Positions 18,065 through 37,308 of a stretch of 64,000 nt of DNA are shown one piece after another (the stretch's first letter is position 1; each line of letters begins with the position of its first letter). A program made the translations under genes and the position numbers. The notes beneath the pieces were generated by a model. It was not told the DNA's origin. It made no database searches and saw only the letters and a program-made list of their open reading frames with translations. The DNA is from Adineta vaga. Its lineage: Eukaryota > Animalia > Rotifera. The DNA is taken from positions 5,642,001 through 5,706,000 of the forward strand of contig CP075492.1 of assembly GCA_021613535.1 (NCBI GenBank), read 5' to 3'.

Positions 18065-19936
18065 TGATGTCTTTTACTTCTGCTATTCTGTGTGTGTGTG
18101 TGTGTGTATGTATGTATGCTGTGCAAATGTACGTTCGTGTGTGTGTATGAATGTATGTATGTATGTTTCGTTTAAGTTGTCATCATATAAGGTAGTGATG
18201 TTGATGGCATTTTCTCTTCTCTTCTTCTGTTTACAGGTTGCTGCTGATCAATTTTGTTTTAAACTACCACTGCCATCTCCGTTCTCTCTCTTTATGTTCT
18301 GTTCTTCTTCGCTGGTGATGCGAAAACGAAAATCCCCATCGCGTCGTCGTGACCGAGGATGACTGTATGCTCTCTCTCTCTCTTTTTCGCTCTCTTTCTC
18401 GTTCCCAAGTATACCTGCCCGGCGTGCATTTATGTATGTGTGCACACGAATTTGAATGAATAGAAAAGAAGAAGGTAGTTCGTTTGCGTTACTCTCGCAC
18501 ATACACATTGATGATGGAAGCACTTGACAAACTTCTTTACTCAATTTTCTTCTTCTTCTTCTTCTTCTTCGTCTTCGTCATCGTCTTCTTTCGCATGCTG
18601 TGTTCGCTCGAATGCATCAGATGTATTTATATTCAAAGGAAACAAAATAGAGTTTGATTTAAATTTCATGTTTATACAATGTGTTTTTTTCTTCATTCGT
18701 TCTTTAAGAAGAAGAAAATTGTTGTTTTGCAGATAGTACATTTTGAAAGGATAAAAAGAAAAAAGTCAATACAAGTGTTGTGACAAGAGGAGGAGAAGAA
18801 AAAGAAGAAGAAAGAAAGAAAGAAGAAATTTAGATGAAATGGAAATGAAATATCAATTCGCTTGATTACTTTTACGCTCCGTCTGGAAGATGAATAAGAT
18901 GCTTTCGGGCATGTATACGATGAAATCAAAATAATAAGCACATAAAAAAAAAGTTTGAATAAAAGAAAGAAAAGTTTCAAGTTGTTCCGCTAGAGAAAAG
19001 AAACAAGATAATGCAAATTTAGTCAAAATTTATTTTGTTCTTTTTGACGTCAGAGACAATGGTTGAATTTTTATTGAATAAGAGATAATACTTCAGATGA
19101 TTTATGATATTAGTTTGATAATATATATTCAAAGATAAATATACATATAATATTGGAAAAAAGAAATCTCATCAAGTATTCATTGAACAATGCAAATAGT
19201 TTAGAATCAAAAAAGATTGATTGACTACCTATTTAATCAATAATGATTCGAATAATTTACTAATCGTCATTATATATATATATATATATATGTGTGTGTA
19301 TTTGGAGTTCTACGAAAAAACTTTTATGAGTAGGGTTGTGAAGAGAAAATTTACTTTCTTATGCATCGAAAAAATAACTATTAGAACAATTATCAACGTA
19401 TGTAAATCTCAAGTATTAAACAGATCAAACACTTCATGAAAAACGATATGCATCCAACGATAATAAAAGAAAGGGAGGAAGAAACGACACAGAAAGAGAG
19501 AGAGAGAGAAGTAAATAATATTCATTCGGAGTTATTTTAAGACGTTTTCATGGAATGGTCGAAATAATACATTATGATAATGTCAACCATCAAAACATAT
19601 TTTTTTTTATCATGAATAAGAAATTGTTTGGAATATAGATTTTCTCCTTTCATCGCAAAAGAAATATTTTTAATGTTTCGATGGCATATATTCATGATTG
19701 ATAGTTAACGCAAAGCCCTTTTCCTTCATTTCTACCTTTTCAATTCTACTATATACATACACACATTCGATATCATCGTTATTCATACAAAGTACAAAAA
19801 AAGAAAGGAAAATGTAAAATACACTCGAAAGCTGTATCGTCACTCCATATTATTACTTACTTACTCAGTTTTAATCGTAGAAAAAGAAAATATACATATA
19901 AATACATGCGAAAATCTTTTTTGACTAAAATAAATA

Positions 19937-21979
19937 ATGATTAAACCTTCTCTGTTGCGTTCATCAACATTGAACGAGGATGAAATAAAACGAATTATGT
20001 CTGTAATTGAACGTGATTTTAAACTACGACAGAAAGAATCAAAACGTATTGAGTAAGTTTTATACTATTCTTTATATTAGGAATCTTTATTTTGCTTTTC
20101 TTTTTTAGAGAATTGAAGAGAATTATTCGACAAGAATATCAACGTGTCGAACATTTGACTACTTCAAAAGATTTCAATTATCAACGATGTATTCGATGTT
20201 GGAAACTATTTCGACGTTTTTTCAATCCAAAAGAACTTTGTTCCAGGTGTCAATTAAATGTTTGTCATAATTGTGCAACATATAATAAACAAACGAAACT
20301 ATGGACATGTAAAATATGTTTAAAAATCAAGTAAACCTTTTAGTTCATAGAATCTAGTCTCAGTTCTCCTTTTGTTTTTTTAGAGAATTGGAATGTTTAA
20401 CAGGTGAATGGTTTTATCTTTTGGTTGGTAAGAAATTTAAACGATGTGGTAGTGCAAAGATTGTTCGTCAATTATACAAACGAAATAAACAACTTGGTAA
20501 ATGGAAATTTCTTGAAATGATTCGAGTAATGAATCCTTTTCTTTTAGCTAATATAGATGAAATGGATGAAGATTTAGGATATGGAACGTTACCAACAAGT
20601 AATAGTAATGATTCGAGTTAGTAAAAATCTTCTTCAAGAATATAATTCAATGATATTATTTAGGTTCTATTGTATCTTATGTTGTTCATGATAGAAATAT
20701 TAGAAATGAACTAAATGATTATTTCAAACGATTGATTCTATTAATCGATAATTTAAAATTAGAATTATCTAATTCAAATCCATCCAATACATCACTTTCT
20801 CTACGTAGTAAAAGTATGATTCCGAAAAAAAGTTTTCTTTCAATTGATTTAGTAGTTTTCATCAATATTTAATAGATACAGAAAGTATTAAAACTCATCA
20901 ACAACAAATAATATCCGAAATAAATCGTGCTCGATTTGCTCTTAATGATGCGATTCGACGTAAGTTTTATCTCAAATGAATTACAAATCTTACAACAAAA
21001 CTACTAAACGACATATTTTATAGATAAGAAAGATTTTGTTTTGTGATAATAATACGAAAAAGAAAGCTTTCGTGTCCAATATTGAAAGTCTTTTTACACC
21101 TATCTGTTTGATTTCACGTCTTTCTGTAATGCCATTTAAGTTGATTTAGTGTATGTCGAGACTACTTATTCAATTGTGATATGAGAGGAAGAAAATAATA
21201 GTTTATGAGTGATTCATAACCAGATCGAATTTTTAAGTTAACAATTGTCAGAAAATATTTAGATTCCAATACAGAACTTAATCAAACCTATGAAAATGAT
21301 TTACGCAGTTTATTGATACAAAAAACTGAACAAGTTCTTCAAACATGTTTTTCACAAACTCAAAAGGTAATATAGTTTTAATATTAAACTTCTTACGAAT
21401 TGCAATAGAAAAATTTAGAATTCATTGGTACAATCAACAAATTTTGATCAAAATTTAGCACAACTTATATTTGAGAATAAGATTGGTAATGCATCTGAAA
21501 CTACCGATTCGGTATGATTCATCGCTTTCTAATTATTATATCTTCTCATGTTTTATTCATTTGAAAAATAGTCACCATCATCTTCTCAAAGATCTTCGAA
21601 TCTTCAATCATCATTGACTGATATATCATGTGATATAAAGTCTAGTGATCATCCAATTCGAAAAGTAACTTTCTCTGAAACATCAATTATAGATGAAGAA
21701 GGTTAGATTTGTTCTTTCGAATGAAAATATTCATTAAAAAAACATTGGGTTTATATATTTCTAGATGATGATGATGATGACTTAACCCCAACTGAAAGTT
21801 CCGTTCGCGATGATAAATCTGATTCTCTTACTAGTAAACATCGTTTTATTGATACAGATCCAGAAACAATCAAACAATCAACTCAACGTGTTGATAATTG
21901 GCAAACGATATTTCCACCGATGGAAATTGAAAGTGTCCCATCCGATGATGAACAAGTAGAATTCTCTACTTGGTTATAA
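19937..21979 (+). CDS. MYRIP: Rab effector with Slp-homology (Rab-binding, FYVE-type zinc finger) domain, MYRIP/melanophilin-like
   Basis: LNEDEIKRIMSVIERDFKLRQKE..RIEEL; CxxC...CxxC..CxxC...CxxC zinc finger; TGEWFY...KFKRCGSAKIVRQLYKR. Stop at 21977-21979 is followed by AATAAA at ~22017. Confidence 0.75.
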
Positions 21980-22264
21980 AACTTGATGTTTTTATTTCTT
22001 TTTATCTTGTAATTCAAATAAAAAGATTGAATTCCAAAAAGTAAAAGAAATCTAGCTTTTGTCATATATGGTAACATTCAGATTGTTTGTAGACGAAAAA
22101 AAAAGAAGGTGTTTTTTATCTTTATCTTCGTACGCGAAGATATTAATATGCTGCATATTTTATATCTTTAGTTTCTTTCTTCTTCTTTTTTTCTTTTGAA
22201 AGACAGACCATTTTGAGTATCATCTAATAGCAACAAAAGTAAATACAACAAGAATTATTTCAAA

Positions 22265-23896
22265 ATGAGTTATTCTTTGGATGATGACCATGATGAAGAT
22301 GATTTACCAGTTATATCAATACCTAAGACTATACGTGAAGTAAGAAAAACTTATGATCAAGATGAGGCTGAAAATGATTATTCAACGCGATTAATTGGAA
22401 GTAAGTAGATAGGAATACCATAGATAGTTCATCATTTAATCCATTATTTCAAGATTGGCAACGTTTATATGAGACAAGTGTTCAATCTTTACATTCCGAT
22501 GATGACGGTGAAGAATCAACAATACAAAAACCATTCTATATAGATCGACCAATACAAATTGAAACACCATCTCAAAGTAAGCTTGTTTTGTTTTCTAATG
22601 AAAGGTTTATCGATTTGTTCTTTGACAGGAGAAATACCTCCACCACCACCCATCTATCAACATGAAGTAGAATCCAATATATCTAATTCAAGATGGCAAA
22701 TACGTTTACCTGATTTACTCAATAGAACTGTTGGTCCTGATCGTCAAGTAACTGAAAACCTATTTTTTCAATCATCGATTTGTATTTCATTTCTTATAGA
22801 ACCAAAATAAGCTTCGTCGACATACAACTGCTGTCGTTTTTCAAGTATCTAATCCTCATAATAGTGAAGTAATTGATCTATCCATCATTTCTAAACTTGA
22901 TCTAAGTTTTTGAACGCAGTTTAATCCACCACATTTAAATCCAATTCAAAATGAACAACCGTTTAGTCCAATTTTCAGCCAATTAAAACAAAAATTTGAA
23001 TCAATGTCAAAATCTTCTTTACAATCTCCAATTAATAATTCTCCAAGACTTCCTCGAGTAAATAATTTGAAAATATCTGAAATTCACTTTCTAACTATTT
23101 CAGTTCAAATAGGTATGGAGTTCCATGGATATTAGACAAAATATCGATACAAAAAAGCCTTTCAATCGAACACCACGATCAGCTTTACCAGTTCGTCCAT
23201 CGCGTAAGTTAATAGATGACATTCATCCAATGTTTATTTTAACGAATGATCTTGATTGATTAGCTGAATTAATACCTAGCAAACCGCGAACAGCCAGTGT
23301 AGGAATAATACCTAGTCGACCAATGACAACAAATGGTCGTGTACCACGAGAACGTACGAATCCTCCTGTTAGTTATTCCAAACATTTCTATCCACCACCT
23401 TCAACAACATCTGTTGTTAAACAATTAATTGGTGGAGGTGCAACACTTGTTTATGATAGTATTTCTTCTTCTTCTTCAAAAAATACATCCCAACAAAACT
23501 CTCCTCGATTTAAACATCAACGAAACATTGAAAAACGAACACAAGATATTCTAGATTCTAGCAGAATCCTAACAGGTCGACAACTACCATCTGATTCAGC
23601 TTCTGATACTTATGCAACTATAAAACCAGTATGATAGCAAAACATACACAAATAGTATCTTTTCTTTTTTCTATATTTAGAAAAATTCTGATAAACGTAC
23701 ATGGAATAAACCAATGGAAGATGATTCCGAAGGTATCTATGAAGATCCCGAATTTTATGAACCATCAATTAATTCATCCGAACCAAGATCTTCTCGAAAT
23801 CCAACAACTCCAGCACGGAATGCTCAAAAGAATTTAAGTGACGATGAACACGAAGATTATTATCCTACTTATAATTTCAATGGAATGAAGAAATGA
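22265..23896 (+). CDS. Uncharacterised disordered Pro/Ser-rich protein with acidic tyrosine motifs (multi-exon)
   Basis: ATG at 22265 (MSYSLDDDHDEDDLP...), consistent GT-AG exon chain, motifs YATI, IYEDP, FYEP, EDYYP. Confidence 0.6.
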
Positions 23897-25131
23897 AAAT
23901 TTCATTTTTGTATTTCGAAAAAGTTTCGTCCTCTTTTTTTTTCTCCATGTCATATTTCTTTTATCAATCGACTGATCGTCAAGGTCAGAAAATGAATGAG
24001 ACCTTTATTTGTTTCTTTCTATCTAGAATAAACGAATGGAATAACGTCGTGTTGATGTTGTTGTTTATGAGTAGCAGAAACGATATGTTTGCTTAGAATA
24101 GAAGAAAAAGAAACCGCTTCGATTGGTGATAACGCTTCTTGTTATATGCTACATTAGATCATCGGAATACTTGTACTAAAAAAGAAAAAGAACTATATAT
24201 GTACATGGAACAGACGATTGTATTTAGGAAAATCTGTCTTTTTTTTCTCTTCCTTTTCTTTCTTCTTTAAGACGAAGACGAAGACGACGAGAGGAAGATA
24301 CACTCAAACAGTCGTTCTTTAGCTTTCTTGCCGCGCAATAATAACAACAACAACAACAACAACACGAATACTATCTTCTCTCTGACTATATAAGGTATAT
24401 AATATAATTAATAGAAAAAAAATGAAGAATATATTAGATAAATGATGTTCATTTAATAATGAGTTATATGACAGGAGACGTTTTATTGTTACTATTTAAG
24501 ACTTGATCGATTTTCTCCTTGAGATGAAATAGAGAGACGTATGAAGGCGGTGAAATAATGTCGTTATCTTTTTTGTTAGATAACTTATATTTAGCAAAGT
24601 ATTTCTAGTTCAACTATGATGAATAGAATTTCTTCGGATTAGATTATTCTTCGACAAGCTATTTCTAATGAGAAAAATAGAACAACATCAGAAGATTATC
24701 TCTTGTACTTGTCAGTTGTACAATGAAATTTTTCTTTATTTAACTCATCAATTTCCTAACGAAGAAGCCCCTCGAAAACGAGCATTATGAAAGATTTTGT
24801 TAAGTTGTTGTTATTATGAAATAGATGAGTCTAATGTAATGCACTGATAGGATAACTTGTTGTGTTCGGGTCGTTGAGTGCATGAATAGACATACGCAGC
24901 TTCTATTATCATATCATTGAACTAATAGTGATTGATCTCATGTTATAAAAGTCAGTCAATAGATTTCTATCATTCGTTTGTTCATGAATTCGAAATTATT
25001 CGTCTAACAACTTGTTATTACAGAAAAATATTCATTAAGTACATGTCTTCAAGACATCATATGTGCATAATTTCATATAAAAAATAAAGAATATTGAATT
25101 TATCTCTGTTTTTCCCTTCAGATCATCAACA

Positions 25132-28100
25132 ATGACCGAAGCACTTTTAGCCGTAAGTATTCCAGAAACACGAAATGTTTTTTCCTATAAATTGTGTATA
25201 GAGTCGTTTACGTGATGTTGAAGAAGAATTAAAAACTGAACGTGATGTTCGTTACCGTCAAGAGAAAGATATAACAAATTTACGTTTGGATTTTGACGAA
25301 ATTGAACAACAATTAGATGAAGTAACAAATGCACGTGATCGAGAAATCGAATCAAATAAACGGTAAATAATAAAATCAAACTAAAACCTTGTTCTTGTTT
25401 GTAAAGAAAAAAGATGATATTTTAGTTTAAAACAAGAAATTCATGATCTTCGTCAAAAAATTGAACTTCAAACAACTGAACATGATGAAAATCAAAATTC
25501 ATTTCGTCGTCGTTATCAAGATTCAATTACAGATTTAACAAGTCAAGTTGAAGCGTTAAGCAAAGGAAGAATAAGGTTGAAATTTTCTTTATTTCTTTTT
25601 CTAATCTATTCCCTTTGTTTTCCATAGATATGAAAAAGAAAACAAGAGTTTTCTTGTGGAAATTGAAGAATTAAAAAGTGAAATTGAATCAATTGCAAGA
25701 GGTAAAAGTCAAGCTGTTTCAATTAGTAAAGAACTTGAAGGAAAATTAATCGAAATGAATGGCAAAGTTGATGATGCTATTCGACAATTAACCGATGCCA
25801 ATTCTTCAAAATCTCATCTTATCGAAGAAAACTTATTATTTAGTCGTCGAAATGAAACATTAGAATATGAATTATCATCATTACAAACAGCATATAAACG
25901 TGCACAAGGTGATCTTGACGAAGCACGTCTTCATTTAGAATCGGAAATGGCTGTAAGAGAAAACAAACAAACCGAATGATAAATAATTTTGAAAAGATTC
26001 ATTATTTTTTAGACAAATCGAACATTACAATCAACAGTTAAAACATTTCAAATGGATTTAGAATCAACAAGATTACAATTAGAAGATGAAATTGATGCTA
26101 AAGTTGAATTACAAAAACTTTTAATTAAAATTCAAGAAGAAACACGAATTGGACGTGAACGATTAGAAAGAGAACTCGAAAGTAAAAATGAAGAAATTGA
26201 AGATCAACGGTTTGTTATTCTTAATCCTATTCATGAAATATATTTATTGAATTTAGACGAAAATTAAATGCACGTATCAATGAAGTTCAAGAACAATTGA
26301 CTGAAATTTTAACTAAAGCAAGTAATCTTGACAAGACTAAACAACGACTACAAGGTGAATTGGATACAATCGGTGGTGAAATTGAGAAAGTAAATAATAA
26401 TTGAAGTAAAACGAAAATAAATAGTTCGCAAATTTTAGAATCGTAAAAGAGCTGATGAAGCCACTCGTCGTAATAAACAATTAGAAAAAGAAAATGATGA
26501 TTTTCGTCAACGTTCAAATCAAATCAATGCCGAATTAGAATCAGCTTCTCAAGCAAATCGTAATTATCAAAGTGAATTAATTAAAGTTAAAAGTTTAAAT
26601 GATCAATTAAGCGAACAAATCGAATTGATCAATCGAGATAAACATCGTTTTCAAGGTAGGAAAGATTTTTTGTTTTCTAAATAGAAAAACAAAACCAAAC
26701 GCTTCTTCTATGTTAGACGAGATGGATGTTGCATTAAATCAAATCTCGGATTTGAATACACGTATGATGGAAATGGATCGTCTTCGTAAACAACTTGAAG
26801 CTGAAAAGTTAACCTTATGTTCAGCCATTGATGAATATCGTGAACAAATTCATATTGAAGTTACAAAATATAATGTTTTAAATGCTTCAATTGATAAAGT
26901 TCGCGGTGATTTAGAAAAGAAAATCGCTGCTAAAGAAGAAGAACTTGAAAATCTTCGATCAAGTCAACGTAAACAATTAGATCAAATACAGAGTCAAATG
27001 GAAGAAACTGAAATACGTTATAAAACTGAACTTAGTCGAACAAAATCAAAATTACAAAATGAACTCGAAGAAACACGTCTTCGTTATGAAGCAATGAAGA
27101 AAGCAAAAGGTGATTTAGATAATCATTTACGCAAACTTCAAAATGGTATTAAAGATGCACAAGATCATCTTATTGAAGAACAAACAGCACATGGTGCTAC
27201 AAGAGAATTACTTTCCGCATCAGAAAAACGATTTGGTAAAATTTGTCATTTTTTGTTTTTATAGAAATGGAATTCTTTCTTTTCTCTCTCTCTCTCTTCT
27301 AGGTCTCGTTCATGCAGAAATTGATGAATTACGTAGTTTACTTGATCGTGTATGTGATTTGTATTGAAATAATTTAAAATCGATTGTTGTCCTTTTTCTT
27401 CTTCTGCAGAGTGAAAAAGCTCGTAAAACAACGGAACTAGAATTACATGATTCTGAACATCGTTTATCTGAAGCAGTATCAGCTGCTAATCGTGCTATTG
27501 GAGAACGTAAGAAATTTGAAGCCGATGCTATGCAATATCATTCGGCAATTGCTGATGTTCGACAAGAATTGAAGGTTGTTGATGAACGGGTAAAGAAAAG
27601 ACAGAAATAACAGATGATCATTTAAATTGTGATTATTATTTCTTTTTATCATTAAGGCACGAAAATTAGCTGCTGATTTAATTCATCGTGATGAAGAAAT
27701 TCGTCATGAACGTGAAAAAACAGCTGAAAGTGAAGCATCAAAACGAGCTTTAGATCAACAATTACGTGATTGTAATGTCAAAATTGATGAAGCGGAAGCT
27801 TATGCACGAGCTGAAGGCAAACGTATCTCTGCTAAATATGAAGGACGTGTAAGTAGAAAAGGATTTTTGTGTTTTGATTCTAATGAAAAACTTTCATTTA
27901 GGTTTCTCAACTTGAAACAGAAATCGATTTAGAACGAGCACGTTATCAAGAACTTTTGAAAGAATTACGTCGTAATGAACGACGTATCAAAGAATTATTA
28001 ACTCAAGTAGATGAAGAACAAGCAAAAATTCTTTCACTTACTGATACATTAAGTAAAACAAATGATAGAATGCGTATATATAAATCTCAAATTGAAAGTG

Positions 28101-28282
28101 CTGAATCATCAGCTGCACACGGTTAGTTTGTTATTGAAAGAAACGAATTTCTCTCATCTTCTATTTTAGTATTAACACGGGCTCGTCGTCTTGAACGAGA
28201 ACTTGAAGATGCTGAACAACGTGCCGAAGTTGTAACTACAACATTAATTCGTTCACGATCTGTTCATCGTAATGATTATTAA
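25132..28282 (+). CDS. Paramyosin-like myosin-tail coiled-coil protein (~13 exons)
   Basis: SRLRDVEEELKTERDVRYRQEKD..., continuous heptad coiled coil, LRRNERRIKELLTQVDEE, RARRLERELEDAEQRAE. No motor domain upstream. Confidence 0.85.
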
Positions 28283-29112
28283 TAGAAAGCAATCGATTTT
28301 CTTCTTTCTTTCTTTCTCTCTCTCTCTCACACACACTATTACGTATTTTTATGAATATTACCTAGATAGACTAGGATTGCTTGTTTCGTTTTGTTTTTTC
28401 TTTTTCTTCTAATCTTTTCACCCAAGCTTTTATTTTTTAATCCATTTACCTGATTACATATAAACATCTCATTGAATAAATTATTCTAACAAAGTGAATT
28501 AATGAATCATTATCAGTTGAAAAGTATCATGCAATCTTCTATAACAAAGCATTTCCGTTCTTCTTGTCTGCAAATAACTATCAACATTATAATAATCAAA
28601 AATGTATAGAAAGAATGTCTGTAGGTAGTGATATGCAGTACATCAGTCTGTATATCCATGCGTACGATATTACAAATAATATGAAGACAACTTTCCAGAT
28701 TCAATTCCTATACACAGGAATCTTTATTTGACAGATATTTTCTTATGATTTATAGTAAAAGTCAAGCGTCATTGCCCAAAACGTTCCAATTATCTATATA
28801 ACTAACTCAATGCTAATGTACTTGGACATATTCTACAGATGAAAGTATTTTCTTCTCATATAATCTAATATCAAGCTGTTAATCTTATTTCAATGACATA
28901 GCACGTAGTGATACCATTAGTTTAATCAAGACTTGAGAACATACTCAACACAATTATTAGCTGATTCAATGAGATAAAATCATCGTTCAGTTTTATTACG
29001 ATAAGCATAAAAAAAATAACAAATCATAAAAATCGAAATATATATTCGTAGCTTGTTCTATCAAATGTTCTTTTTTTTTCCATAAAGAAAGCGAAGAAAA
29101 TGGATATTCAAT

Positions 29113-29625
29113 TTATTGGAGTTTTTTCTCAACTTTTGTCTTGACAGTTTTAATAGCATCTTTAGCTTTTGATCTGGATACCAAAACGAGTCTTATGACA
29201 AGTAAGAATGCCATGAAGATTGCTGAACCAATATAATCAAGACCATAGTTTAATTTTTGAAAGGTAATAATAGCATTAGTCATAACCGCCAATAAAACAA
29301 TGGTTGCCAATGTTTGAAACATACCTAGAAGAAAATGTTTGATTTCTTTTTTTCAAAAATTTCTAATTAAGAAAACGCATTTACCAAGAATTAAGAAAAC
29401 CCCACAAACAACTTCAGTTACACCAATGGCTAAACGATAAGTTTTTGCATATGGGCGCCAACCTGTTTGACGATGAAATGGAAATTCTTTATTAAATTTT
29501 CCATATTCATTTTTAATTTGATTATGTTGTTCAGGAAAGAATTGTGGAGTTAAATGAAGATGTCCAAAATAGATAAATGCAACACCAAGAATCAATGTTA
29601 AAAGACGTAAAACAAGTGAACCCAT
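29113..29625 (-). CDS. TMEM35: TMEM35/NACHO-like (DoxX-family) membrane protein, 2 exons
   Basis: LILGVAFIYFGHLHLTP...EYGKFNKEFPF...YRLAIGVTEVVCGVFLILG; four hydrophobic segments and a Lys-rich C-terminus. Confidence 0.75.
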
Positions 29626-30739
29626 ATTTTGTTCAAAATGTATCGAGAGATGTGATATGTAGAATAAAACTGATAATGATGGAAAAAAAGATATATCTGA
29701 TTAATTAAACCAATCACATAGAGCCACACTATTTGTTTTCGATGATTGGATAAGTTATATATGCACTTTCTGTGATAGAGGTAGTTGATTGGTAATTGAT
29801 ACCAGCTAAGAGAATGGAACGAACTGACGATTAACGGTTGTAATTCAATTTAAATTATCATAGATGTGTAATATAATATAAGAAAAAATGTACGATCAAG
29901 TTCTATCAAAGAGATGAATTTGAAATTGTTCGCAATGTATTTCAACAATAGGAGATTCCTTGTCTAACTTTTTTGAATTTTCCATCTGTATTGTATTTCT
30001 AGAATGAATTAACACATATACATATATAGACAAGATCTATCATCATGAAGAGAAATGTTTTACATCGATTTCGAATGAATCATTGTAAAAGGAACTTTTT
30101 TTGTTGTTGTCCATTTGATCATTATCTGACATATGTTGAAAACAAGTACCTTATCATATCTCTCTGAAGAATTTTCTTCCCAAAACATCTTCATCAATGT
30201 TATTCTTATCATGCGGGTTATATATATATATTTATCCAAATGATTAATTAAATTCTTTTTTATTTCCTCGTGAGAATATCTGTCTCTAAGAAAAGAATAA
30301 ATAACTAAACAATAATAAAACGATCATTTATGTTACAGAAGAAGAAATAATAAGACGAGAAAGAAGAAAACTATGCAATCAACTTCTCTTTTCTAATCAT
30401 TTCCGTGAGAATTTTCTTTCATTTCATTCGACTATATATACGAGTAAGTAAAAGAACATGACTAGTTAATCGATGCATGTATTTTTCTTTTTGTTTAAGT
30501 TGATTAGAATAAATATTTGAAAAGCGATTACTTATTTATATTGAAACACTTAGATACAAGTACATGATGTGAGTTATTCTAAATATCAAATGAACGACAA
30601 TCAGTCTTGAACTTATTCATTCAAAGGTTATTTAAATTATGAATTATAAGAAAGTTCATTTCTTATCGTTCGAAGATAAAGAAAAGCCATTTGTATTTGC
30701 GATATTAGTTTAATATACTTAGATTCGTTTTTAGGTGAA

Positions 30740-31459
30740 ATGGAAGATGGAATCTATCGAATGAGTTTAATGGAAAGTTTATTGGTATTAATAGTCATTG
30801 GTCTATGGTTTCTTGCTATTGTAAATTTAGTACGAAAATTCGAACGTATTTGTAATCCTCCATCGATATTTTTAAACTATTCGACACATAATAATCTTAG
30901 TTTCAGTCCATCAACTATTCAGGAATGTTATGAAAATACTCTATTAGAACCAACTACAACCTCATCAGTGCATATCACTCGTGCGACGTCAGAACCTGCT
31001 ATTGATGAATTATCTCGAGCATCTATTCAAATTCGATCTCCCATTGAAACATGTATACAAACAAATACGTCCATATCGACACGAATTCCTACAGACAATA
31101 TCATTGAAGGAAGTGCGACTTCTTCACATCAAACTGATCAACAAAACCGTTTCGATATAATATCAATTGAAAGATCACCATGTCCAAAATATATACCAAA
31201 GATTGTTAAACAAAGTCTATTAGATTTACATCGACGTGCTCTTTTTTCGAATACATCATTTCCGACTATGCGAACGCGAGAACTTAATTATACAACAGAG
31301 AATCGAATGACTACGAGATTTTCGTTGAGAAAAAAACGATATCAACGAGAAAATGCCATTGATGAAGGAGATTTTTATAGAAGTAAGTTCAAATATATAG
31401 AACTGTCTTGAATGCCTTTCTTTTATCATTTAGATCGCGAAGCAACTGATTCAATGTGA
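30740..31459 (+). CDS. Uncharacterised single-pass membrane protein
   Basis: TM segment LLVLIVIGLWFLAIVNLV, Ser/Thr-rich cytoplasmic tail, and a short terminal exon after an intron at ~31383-31433. Confidence 0.6.
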
Positions 31460-31812
31460 TATATAAACAAATGATGAACATCGGCTTAAATATAAATATT
31501 TATATATGTTTATTAATATGTAAAATAAAATCGTTGTTTTTTGAAAATATTCAAAAACAAAGAAGTTTTCTTTTTTTGTCATCTAAACAAGCGCAAAACA
31601 AAACAAAAATATAGACTTGAAATGTCAGAAAAGGAGAAAGTTTATCACAAAATAGTAATTTTTTTTCTATATATATGCAGTGCAAGAAAACGACATAGAA
31701 TTCATCACCCAATTGACAAACATTAACAAACGGAAATGCTTGATTGTATTTTTTTGAATGATGAAAATAGATATGTAAGTTTAATTTTGTTTTTTTAAGG
31801 TTACAGTAATAT

Positions 31813-36385
<4,573 letters not shown>

Positions 36386-37308
36386 TACGTCTATTAATTG
36401 AGTAAAAACGATGGATTTGAATTTGAAATCAAAAGACGACAATGACAGAACGAAAACAAAATAAAAACTTTCTAGAATAAAAAAATATACTAAATTTGTT
36501 TGCACTTTATGATGAGCAACAATACGTTAAAATGTTTATTTTTTTTCTTGTTTTTGATCATCCAGCTGACATATCCAAAGACGTTCTGTTCTGTCTTTCG
36601 TCTTCCACGGAAACCAACCAGTCAACAAATAGAAATAATTCTATTAGAAAGAAAAGATGTCGTAAGACGTTTAACTTAAAGAAGTTTTCATCTAAAGGCA
36701 ATGGAAAAAACGACGCATAATGAGTTATACAAGTGTCAGCCTTTATGAGACATGTCAAAAGACGATTTTTTTACCACGTGTTGTTTTTTAATTGATTAAT
36801 CAACGCATTCACCTGTAACTCAAGGCCTTTTTTTCATATGATACCTTGATGTTCATTACTGCGGTACATATGGAATCATGGCATCGAATATCGAGTGCAA
36901 TTAGTCACAATGCTTGTATATATATATATATATTTGATTCATGTCATGAGTATGCGCATTTTTATTTTGAAAGCAATCATAGTTTTATTGTACAAAAGTC
37001 GTTTTAACGAAATAATCAATTTCTAATTAAACCTTTTTTTCTTTCACATAGTAAGAATGACTATTTTTTATAGCAATCATCACATGTCTGTTATTATCTT
37101 TTTCATCATAATCATAATATCATGATTTTGTATATCTATGATACCTTTTAATAAAAATCACAAAAAATCTATCGAAGTATATTCTCGGCATACTTCCCTT
37201 CTTATTCACTCCAACTCATATAATCAATCAACCGTATCGAATATATTTTTTCATAAATGCTTTTCTTCAAAAATATCTCATAATTATTACGACTAAAAAT
37301 TCACAACG

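Noticed and set aside
18039-18980. Cluster of short ORFs upstream of the EVI1-like gene
   Set aside because: Translations of (TG)n, (CT)n and (TCT)n microsatellites in probable 5' UTR/promoter DNA.
18990-19080. ACAAGATAA/AGATAA motifs as EVI1 autoregulatory sites
   Set aside because: GATAA motifs are abundant throughout this AT-rich window, so there is no evidence of local enrichment.
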